A stretch of DNA of 64,000 nucleotides from Winogradskyella sp. (GCF_028289625.1 NZ_JANQOM010000053.1:2023-66022), one strand, 5' to 3'. Numbered from the stretch's first letter, positions 18,033-25,269 are shown. Notes: a model not told the origin generated them from the sequence alone. Numbers and translations are program-made.

Positions 18033-18437
18033 ATGAACGAAGTCGAAATCAAAGTATATCACAAAGAAGAGAAAGTAACAACTACACTTTATGTTGAGCA
18101 ATTGTCTGAAAATAAATTTCGGATGATAGATAACGACTTTTGCAACTATAAACTAACTTTGGGTACGGAGTTCGAAACAAGAATAAACAAAGACGGTAAA
18201 CACGAGATAACAAAAATTACGAAGGAATCGGAATACATTACTCGCAGATTCGGATTGACACCAAATCATAAAGAATCTGATTATAGAATGCTTGGAGAGG
18301 AATTGACCCTAAGAGGTGGATTTTGGCAAGTTGATATAGGGAGAATTGCTACTATTAGCATTCCAAAAGATTTTGAGTTTGATATTGACGAAGTAATCAA
18401 AGAGTTGGGCCTAAAGTTGGTGGAAATAATTGATTAA
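18033..18437 (+). CDS. hypothetical cytoplasmic protein
   Basis: 134-aa ORF with no TM helix or signal peptide. No family recognised. Confidence 0.5.
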   Translation: MNEVEIKVYHKEEKVTTTLYVEQLSENKFRMIDNDFCNYKLTLGTEFETRINKDGKHEITKITKESEYITRRFGLTPNHKESDYRMLGEELTLRGGFWQVDIGRIATISIPKDFEFDIDEVIKELGLKLVEIID

Positions 18438-18439
18438 AA

Positions 18440-18672
18440 TGCAATCAAAATCTATTGAACAGCTTGAAAATGATTATTGGAAAGAAGAAATTTGACCAAA
18501 TAAATGAAAAAATAAAACCTATTGTGCGGCAATAGCTATCGCTCTTTATTTGTAAGTTACTTCCCGACTCCACATTGCTCAAATCACTCAAATTCATTAA
18601 CTTTAAATTACGTCGGAAAATGACTCGTGTCCTTTGCTGCGACAAAACCACATACAAACCCTAATGTTTAAT
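18440..18672 (+). repeat. degenerate attC-like site 15
   Basis: Contains a 40-nt core (18567-18606) identical to site 13. L'-like CCACATACAAACC. No clean GTTRRRY box (CTAATGTTTAAT). Confidence 0.4.
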
Positions 18673-18679
18673 TTAAGAC

Positions 18680-18802
18680 ATGAGAATATCATTACTTGGG
18701 GCAACAGTAAGAACCGGTAAACTAGTACTGAAACGAGCACTCGAAAAAGGCTATCAAGTGAATTGTCTTGCTCGTAAAATTGAGCGGATTAAAAAAAAGT
18801 AG
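18680..18802 (+). pseudogene. N-terminal fragment of an NAD(P)-binding (NmrA/SDR-like) protein
   Basis: 40-codon ORF MRISLLGATVRTGKLVLKRALEKGYQVNCLARKIERIKKK. It matches the beta-alpha-beta GxxGxxG start of NAD(P)H-binding proteins (GATVRTG) and then stops. Confidence 0.4.
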
Positions 18803-18814
18803 TGATATCAAAAG

Positions 18815-19011
18815 CATAAACACTAATAAAACTACTAGCAAAACCGTCCAAGTCGCATTGCATTAAGTCGCTAAGACATGGAAAAATTCTCACATAAATT
18901 TACTATCTTTAACACATAGAAAATCGAGCAATCAGCTTGTGTCTTCCTTTAAGAAATCCAGCCTACCTCGCGGCTATTTTTCCATTGTAGAACAGACACA
19001 ATCCATTAGCA
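18815..19011 (+). repeat. degenerate attC-like site 16
   Basis: Left part CATAAACACTAATAAAACTACTAG resembles the left end of site 11. Internal TTTACTATCTTTAA module is shared with site 11. The right-box position reads ATTAGCA (19005-19011). Confidence 0.35.
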
Positions 19012-19029
19012 TACATTAAAAATTGATTT

Positions 19030-19905
19030 ATGAAAAAAGAAATAAGCCTTTTAGTCTTTAGCATCCTAATATTGACCTTTTCATGTTCATCTGATGATGA
19101 CTCGAACGATGGTGGAGATACAATAAATCCCATAAAATTAATTCAAAGCCTCTCTTTTGATGATGAAACAAACGTTGATAGCCTGTTCTATGACAACAAC
19201 AATAGATTGATCTTAAAGAAAGAATATCTAGACGTCGGACAATTGGACTATGACACACACTATGAATACGATTCTGCCAATAATTTGATAAGAACATATA
19301 GAATCCATTCTACTTCTGTTACACCAAGTGGAGAAGTGAATTATACTTATGATACAAATGGTAATTTATTATCTCGGGTTTACTCCACGTTTGGGTCAAC
19401 CCAAGAATACCTCTTTGAATATGAAGCTAATGTTATTATCGTTAATAGAAATCAGGAAGATGAAGTTAGAATCAACTTATCATCTGGCAATAGAATACAA
19501 TCTGTGGAAAGAAAAAATGCCAGTAATCAATTTTTCGTATACAAAGAATACATCTATGATGGTAACAACATCACAGAAGTGAGAATAAATGAAGGCTCGG
19601 AAGTTATTTCTTTTGTTTTCGAATTTGATAACAACAACTTTCCTTTCTCGGTTTTTGATTTCGACTTGCCAAATGGCCTAAGTATAAAAAGAATTGAGGA
19701 GGCTATTCTGTTTTCCAATTATCCTTTTATTACAATTGGAGATGGCGATAATTATTTTGGGTTTTTAAACGAAAATAATGTTATTTCTTGCTCTGGCAGT
19801 GGTTCTAGTAACTACAGTTATAGTTACGATTCTGAAGGTTATCCTGTGCAAATCACCTATGATTTTTTGTTTATCCCTAGCAGCCTAATTGTAACATATT
19901 ATTAA
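19030..19905 (+). CDS. hypothetical lipoprotein
   Basis: 291 aa with signal LTFSCSSDDD. Repeated YD-like beta motifs. No firm family. Confidence 0.55.
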   Translation: MKKEISLLVFSILILTFSCSSDDDSNDGGDTINPIKLIQSLSFDDETNVDSLFYDNNNRLILKKEYLDVGQLDYDTHYEYDSANNLIRTYRIHSTSVTPSGEVNYTYDTNGNLLSRVYSTFGSTQEYLFEYEANVIIVNRNQEDEVRINLSSGNRIQSVERKNASNQFFVYKEYIYDGNNITEVRINEGSEVISFVFEFDNNNFPFSVFDFDLPNGLSIKRIEEAILFSNYPFITIGDGDNYFGFLNENNVISCSGSGSSNYSYSYDSEGYPVQITYDFLFIPSSLIVTYY

Positions 19906-19920
19906 AATAATTTTTATTGA

Positions 19921-20036
19921 TCATAGTTATAGTAGCCTCTCTATAATGCTTAGCTGATATCACTAAAATTAATTAACTTGAAACTGTAAGTAAAGACCTT
20001 TAACAAGGTAAAAATCGTATGTGCTAAGTGTTATTT
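19921..20036 (+). repeat. degenerate attC-like site 17
   Basis: CATAGTTATAGTAGCC (L''-like). Module ATCACTAAAATTAATTAACTTGAAACTGTAAG resembles the cores of sites 13 and 15. Weak right box GTTATTT (20030-20036). Confidence 0.3.
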
Positions 20037-20055
20037 TAGCTTTAATTTACACTAT

Positions 20056-20220
20056 ATGAAAAAGATTTACATCTTGAGTGCCATCATAATGGTTGTCCTT
20101 GCTGTTGCAATTACCTATTTAGGTTTACAGCGCGATCATATTTTTAATCCACCCGTAATTACAGGAGTAGGATTTTTGGTAATTGCAATTGTCTTTATGG
20201 TTGCTGGAAATAAAAAATGA
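20056..20220 (+). CDS. small 2-TM membrane protein (54 aa; below ORF-track cutoff)
   Basis: Hand translation: MKKIYILSAIIMVVLAVAITYLGLQRDHIFNPPVITGVGFLVIAIVFMVAGNKK. Confidence 0.35.
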   Translation: MKKIYILSAIIMVVLAVAITYLGLQRDHIFNPPVITGVGFLVIAIVFMVAGNKK

Positions 20221-20296
20221 ACGCAATGCTGTAACCGAGTTACATTTTGGAAATGGTAAGGGAATAAGAAATGGCTTATGAAAAAATAATCATAAA

Positions 20297-21433
20297 ATGA
20301 AACCAATGAATATTTGCTTGTTGATGATTTTAACCCTGATGTCCACCTATAATGAGGACGAACAATCGAATACTACAGAAGTAGATGTTCTTTACATAAT
20401 GCCCGAAGAGAGCGAGCCTCATGAAGGCACTTGGTTGCAATGGCCGCATCACTATCAATATGGTATAGAATATCGAAATAGTTTAGACCCAACTTGGGTA
20501 GATATGACTCAAGCTTTAGTGAGTAGTGAAAACGTTCATATTGTCGCCTATAATGATACAGAAAAGAATAGAATTATTGGATTGTTGACCTCTGCAGGAA
20601 TACCTTTAGATCGTATAGATTTCAAAATTCACAGAACGGACGATGTTTGGGTGAGAGACAATGGACCAATCTATACCAAAGATTTAGCTGGCAATGTAGT
20701 TATACAAGATTGGGGGTTTAATGGCTGGGGAGAAAAAATTGACGCCGTCTCTGGCTTTCCTATAGAATTCGAAAACTGTGATGCTATCCCTACTAAAATC
20801 GGCGAAAGCCAAGGTATAAGCGTCATTGATTTAAATAACACAATGATTAATGAAGGAGGTAGTGTAGTGATAGACGGTAATGGTACCTTAATGGCCTGCA
20901 AAAGTTCTATTTTAAATGCTAACCGTAATCCTGAGATGACCCAAAAAGAGGCAGAACATATATTTAAAACATATCTTGGCGCGACGCATTTTATTTGGCT
21001 AGACGGCCAGGCAGGTCTAGAATTAACGGACCAGCATATTGATGGATTTGCCATTTTTGGAAACGCTACGACCATTGTTACGATGAATGAAAATGACCTC
21101 TTGGAGTATGATGTGCTTCAAAGTGATATTGATAAACTTTATGAAGCCACAAATAAGAACGGAGAGGCTTATAACTTTGTACAGGTCCCTTTAACCCAGA
21201 ATACCGTTAAAAAGACAGATGGAACAGACTTAGGCTATAAAGGCTCTTACGTCAACTATTATATTGCAAACAACAGCGTATTAGTTCCTAATTATAATGA
21301 TTCTAACGACGTTGTTGCCAATGAGATCATACAAACACTATACCCCACAAGAACCGTGGTAGGTATAGACGTAAGAAATCTATACGAAAATGGTGGCATG
21401 GTACATTGTGTAACACAGCAACAACCTCAATAG
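20297..21433 (+). CDS. aguA: agmatine deiminase (peptidyl-arginine deiminase family)
   Basis: 378 aa with EPHEGTWLQWPH near the N-terminus, WVRDNGP, and the C-terminal catalytic-Cys motif GGMVHCVTQQQP. Confidence 0.85.
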   Translation: MKPMNICLLMILTLMSTYNEDEQSNTTEVDVLYIMPEESEPHEGTWLQWPHHYQYGIEYRNSLDPTWVDMTQALVSSENVHIVAYNDTEKNRIIGLLTSAGIPLDRIDFKIHRTDDVWVRDNGPIYTKDLAGNVVIQDWGFNGWGEKIDAVSGFPIEFENCDAIPTKIGESQGISVIDLNNTMINEGGSVVIDGNGTLMACKSSILNANRNPEMTQKEAEHIFKTYLGATHFIWLDGQAGLELTDQHIDGFAIFGNATTIVTMNENDLLEYDVLQSDIDKLYEATNKNGEAYNFVQVPLTQNTVKKTDGTDLGYKGSYVNYYIANNSVLVPNYNDSNDVVANEIIQTLYPTRTVVGIDVRNLYENGGMVHCVTQQQPQ

Positions 21434-21524
21434 CATTGCTGGTAGACCATAGAATAAGTTTTTCTTTAAGCGTAAGTTTATGATTAAGAAACTTTTATGG
21501 ATTTACTTTATTAGTAGTAGTTCA

Positions 21525-22637
21525 CTATTCAAGATTTTTTAATCTAAAATTCCTATTAGCATTAAATATATTACCTAATGCTAATCTAATATTTAAGTAT
21601 TGACCATCAAGTTGTGTACCTCCACGGTTTCGGTAATCTACCCAATTATATCTAAGGTGAAGTCCCAAATATGCACCACTTTTTCCATATCTATATTTAA
21701 AAACCAATCCAATATTTGAATTAAAACTAGGTAAATTCTTTCCGTCATCGTCATCATCCTCATCAGTACTTAAGGCAACGATACTTTCGTAGGCAATACC
21801 AGGTGAAATCCCTAAATTTATTTTTCTGGAATTAAAAAAATCGTACGTATATTCTGCACCGAAGTATATACCAGTCCATGTGTCGTCTGTTATTAAATCT
21901 CCTTGGTAAACAAATGAATACTCTTCCGCCGAAGACCCTATTCTAATATCAAAAACAACGTCGATTGTGTGTTTTAGTGTTTTTCCCCCTAAAATTCCTC
22001 CAATGTGCGGTCTTGTACCAAAGACTGAAATATTACCATAGTTTAAGATGGCACCACCTATATATGCAAAGTGCAGTTCCCACATACGGAGTGTTTTGCC
22101 ATAAACTGTACTGTGCAAGCCTTTTAGCTTGCTGTAATAAGGTGCTCGTTTTATTTTGTCAAAAGAAGGGTTTTCATTTGCATAAAAATCTATCAATAAT
22201 TGCTCATCTAGAGAACCAGAATTAGAATCTTTCGCAATTTTTTGTGTTAAACTATCAATTGAATTAATTTTTTGGTAATAGCTGTTCTCTAAAGGTATTG
22301 AGTCATTTTTATTGTTTATTGAGCCTCTATAAAACAAAAGCGCTTCTATTGTAGATTCTGAAATTGATGTGGGCGAAAATCTATTTCCGTTTATGTCGAG
22401 AATAGTCCGCAATCGATCAATAGCCTCAATGTTCCCACATTTTGACTGCCAATAATCCAAGAAGTCATAAATCTTTATCATTTCATTATTGGCATACAAA
22501 TCCCCTATGATTGAAGATGCGCTATAGGTCACATCCCTACAGTCTATAGCCCTGTTACTAGAAATCATATCATCAAAGGATTGTCCCACGGAAATTGTAA
22601 AAAAGAATAATAGGATAAATGCGTAATAGTATTTCAT
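21525..22637 (-). CDS. hypothetical secreted/outer-membrane protein
   Basis: 370 aa with a signal peptide (FFFTISVGQ) and a beta-rich C-terminal half containing an Asp run. Confidence 0.55.
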   Translation of the reverse strand: MKYYYAFILLFFFTISVGQSFDDMISSNRAIDCRDVTYSASSIIGDLYANNEMIKIYDFLDYWQSKCGNIEAIDRLRTILDINGNRFSPTSISESTIEALLFYRGSINNKNDSIPLENSYYQKINSIDSLTQKIAKDSNSGSLDEQLLIDFYANENPSFDKIKRAPYYSKLKGLHSTVYGKTLRMWELHFAYIGGAILNYGNISVFGTRPHIGGILGGKTLKHTIDVVFDIRIGSSAEEYSFVYQGDLITDDTWTGIYFGAEYTYDFFNSRKINLGISPGIAYESIVALSTDEDDDDDGKNLPSFNSNIGLVFKYRYGKSGAYLGLHLRYNWVDYRNRGGTQLDGQYLNIRLALGNIFNANRNFRLKNLE

Positions 22638-22924
22638 GTGGAATCAATTCTAAGATCTAGGACATAAATAATAATGTTTGGTTAATTGCGTCATTTTCTA
22701 AGAATTTATTGACAGAATAATCTACAAAATCCATTTTTGTCGAAGTCCCTATAAATATAAAGCTATTCCATTCTATTTTGGCATTAATAAAGTAAAATAT
22801 ATTATAGGAATGGTTAATTTTACAGGTATTGTGCTCCATAAGCCACCGAACTCATAATGAAGATATAATTTTAGGATATGGTTCTGAGATGGTTAAAGAA
22901 TTTAAAAAAGCGAAACAAAACTAC

Positions 22925-23018
22925 TTACAACAATAGTTCATTATTGCTAATCTCAATAATTATCTAGACGATGTGGAAATTAATTTTCCCGTTCACTTCT
23001 TTTGTGTACTAATTGGAA
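22925..23018 (+). repeat. attC relic (possible distal end of array)
   Basis: TTACAAC-AATAGTTCATTATTGC resembles the family A left end. GGAAATTAATTTTCCCG resembles the family A internal stem. ATTGGAA (23012-23018) sits at the right-box position. Confidence 0.3.
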
Positions 23019-23153
23019 TCTCAAACCTTTTTACTAAATTGAAGTTCTAATTTTTTTTGCTTCTCACACCTATATGGAAGATATTATTTTCTTAAAATTT
23101 TGAATAACTAACTGTAAAAAAGATATTGTCATCAACTTAAAAAACAAATCAAA

Positions 23154-23633
23154 ATGAAAATTGCTACTGCAGATATTTGGGATGATTACATGGCAGATGT
23201 AAAACTGTTAAATGTAGAGCTAAAAAATTACGGGAAGAAAACAGCCTTTTATGGAGAAATCGTTACTCTTAAGCTATACGAAGACAATTCCATTCTAAGG
23301 AAAACCTTGGAAGAAAAAGGGGTTGGAAAAGTTTTGGTCGTTGATGGTGGTGGTTCTAAAAGATGTGCACTACTTGGAGATAATATTGCGACATTAGCCA
23401 TAGAAAATGGTTGGGCGGGGATTATTATATATGGTTGCATTAGAGACTCTAAAGTCATAAAGACATTGGATATCGGTGTAAAAGCCATAGGAACTTGCCC
23501 AGTAAAAAGTGCAAAAAGAAATGTTGGTTTAAAAGGTGAAACACTTTTAATACAGGGAACCGAAATAGTTCATGGCGGCTATATATATTCTGATGAAGAC
23601 GGAGTTTTACTTTCGAGAAAAAAATTGTTGTAG
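23154..23633 (+). CDS. rraA: RraA family protein (RNase E regulator / HMG-oxaloacetate aldolase fold)
   Basis: 159 aa with full-length resemblance to RraA (VLVVDGGGS..CALLGDNIA..NGWAGIIIYGCIRD). Confidence 0.85.
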   Translation: MKIATADIWDDYMADVKLLNVELKNYGKKTAFYGEIVTLKLYEDNSILRKTLEEKGVGKVLVVDGGGSKRCALLGDNIATLAIENGWAGIIIYGCIRDSKVIKTLDIGVKAIGTCPVKSAKRNVGLKGETLLIQGTEIVHGGYIYSDEDGVLLSRKKLL

Positions 23634-23732
23634 CTCCTTATTTAAAATTGAAAATGTATAAACCATCCTTATGTCCTAAGAATTCATGCACAAAACCCAC
23701 TTAATCAGAATTAATCTTAAGAGAATATCGCA

Positions 23733-24446
23733 ATGAACAAAATAGTTGTTATAGCTGCCTTGTTTCTATGTCTAGGATGTCACAATAACCATCACGAAAC
23801 AGCTACAGACCAATTAAAAGAACACAGTGATAAACACCATGGAGATAAACATGCGAAGAAGCATGGCCCAGCTAATGAGTTTATGCACCAAACTCCCGTA
23901 AAGGATTTAATTGAACGGTTCGAATCGCCTGAAAGAGATGATTATCAAAAACCTGAAAAAGTATTGAATTATTTAGGTGATTTACAAGGATACAAAATAA
24001 TGGATATTGGTGCTGGTTCTGGCTACTTTTCCGTGAAGTTGGCAGAAAAAGGAGCAACAGTTATTGCTGCCGACGTGGATGACGAATTCCTAAATTTTAT
24101 ACAAGACCGAATCGACACTGATAATTTAAAGCATATAGAAACTCGCAAAATACCTTACAACTCCCCTAACCTTAAAGAAAGTGAAGTCGATATGGTACTA
24201 ATAGTTAACACCTACCACCATATAGAAAATAGAAGCGATTATTTTTCAAAAGTAAAAATGGGAACCAAAGAGGATGGAGAATTGGTAATTATTGATTTCT
24301 TTAAGACAGAAGCGCCTGTGGGTCCACCAGCCAATCACAAAATATCTATTGATGTTGTAATAGCAGAGCTAAAAGAAGCAGGCTATACCAACTTTGTGGT
24401 TAATGTGGATTTATTACCCTATCAGTATATCATTAAAGCCAAGTAA
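23733..24446 (+). CDS. class I SAM-dependent methyltransferase with lipoprotein signal and His-rich linker
   Basis: Signal LFLCLGC, His-rich segment (HNNHHE...HSDKHHGDKHAKKH), and SAM motif I IMDIGAGSGYFS. Confidence 0.8.
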   Translation: MNKIVVIAALFLCLGCHNNHHETATDQLKEHSDKHHGDKHAKKHGPANEFMHQTPVKDLIERFESPERDDYQKPEKVLNYLGDLQGYKIMDIGAGSGYFSVKLAEKGATVIAADVDDEFLNFIQDRIDTDNLKHIETRKIPYNSPNLKESEVDMVLIVNTYHHIENRSDYFSKVKMGTKEDGELVIIDFFKTEAPVGPPANHKISIDVVIAELKEAGYTNFVVNVDLLPYQYIIKAK

Positions 24447-24510
24447 AGAAAAGGCAAATTTCAGCAATTTAATCTTATGGTATATTAAGAACAATTACTA
24501 CTGAAAATAC

Positions 24511-25269
24511 CTAATAACTCTTCAAGGTGAAGCCAAAGGTTAAAAATTGGTCTTCGCGTTTTTGGCCTTCTACAACAATACTCTCAAAGGTATGAAGGTA
24601 ATTAATCTTAAAGTTGAGGAACTTCCAAATAGGGAATTCAAGACCAAAATCGGCTTGCCAACGGTAATTGTTAGTTTCCTCTAAAGACGGTTGTATATAA
24701 CTTTCGTGGGTAATGATGACTTTTTCTTTAAAGAGGTGGTATTTACCGTTCACCCAAACCGTACCACGGAAGGTGTTAATTTCGTCACTACTATCGTAAT
24801 CATCGATATTAAAATCGGTATTATCAAAATTGGTTTGTTCGTACTCACTAGTGAGCGAAAACTTGAGCCAGTTTTTATTCTTTTTATAAGCTTGCCAAGT
24901 AAATCCAGCTCCTATCAACGATCGCGAGCTGATTTCTCGTCTAAAATTGGTACTTAAAAAGCCTAAAATCTGTGGATAAATTTTTTTCTCAGGATTGAAA
25001 TATAAAAAGTTGAGGCTTAAAAAATCGGCATCTGCCTTTTCTTTACCAAACTCTTGGTAGACATACGAGTTTTGGGTCTTCACCACCCATTTTTTCCAAG
25101 GCTTATACGTGACACCAGATTTAGCTCTAAAAATTAAGGTTTCTACATTACCACCTTGCCAAAAACCGGTTAAGGATAAATCGGCTTTAATCTTTAGCGA
25201 ATCACTTTCATTGATTTGTGCCGACAACAACAGAGGGAACCACAATAAAATGCATACTATCTTTTTCAT
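24511..25269 (-). CDS. outer-membrane beta-barrel protein (DUF481-like)
   Basis: 252 aa with a signal peptide (LLLSAQ), alternating beta strands and a C-terminal aromatic residue (KSY). Confidence 0.6.
   Translation of the reverse strand: MKKIVCILLWFPLLLSAQINESDSLKIKADLSLTGFWQGGNVETLIFRAKSGVTYKPWKKWVVKTQNSYVYQEFGKEKADADFLSLNFLYFNPEKKIYPQILGFLSTNFRREISSRSLIGAGFTWQAYKKNKNWLKFSLTSEYEQTNFDNTDFNIDDYDSSDEINTFRGTVWVNGKYHLFKEKVIITHESYIQPSLEETNNYRWQADFGLEFPIWKFLNFKINYLHTFESIVVEGQKREDQFLTFGFTLKSY

Larger units (their letters stand above)
1..20036 (+). mobile_element. Integron-type gene-cassette array (attC-bounded cassettes); integrase/attI not in window, array continues beyond left edge
   Basis: Co-oriented ORFs, each followed by an inverted-repeat element with RYYYAAC-like and GTTRRRY-like ends. 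The left box of each element complements the right box of the previous element (9/9, 7/7, 9/9, 10/10, 9/10, 8/10, 8/10 nt). Confidence 0.8.

Noticed and set aside
18445-18657. Minus-strand 70-aa ORF
   Set aside because: It lies entirely within degenerate attC site 15 and its conserved core. It is an artefact of repeat sequence.
1-20036. Regularly recurring intergenic repeats might be a CRISPR array
   Set aside because: The repeats are 58-201 bp and imperfect, and they belong to several sequence families. They are separated by 0.2-3 kb units containing ORFs, not by 25-40 bp repeats with short spacers. No cas genes are present.
1-20036. The repeats might be REP/BIME elements or MITEs
   Set aside because: They always lie in one orientation immediately 3' of co-oriented ORFs. 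Their variable left box complements the right box of the preceding element, not their own terminal repeat. There are no target-site duplications or terminal inverted repeats of the MITE type. A genome-wide distribution check is still needed.
22657-22839. 60-aa minus-strand ORF in the 22.6-23.15 kb spacer
   Set aside because: It is AT-rich and low-complexity, with no start context or family resemblance. The spacer more likely holds promoters and the attC relic.
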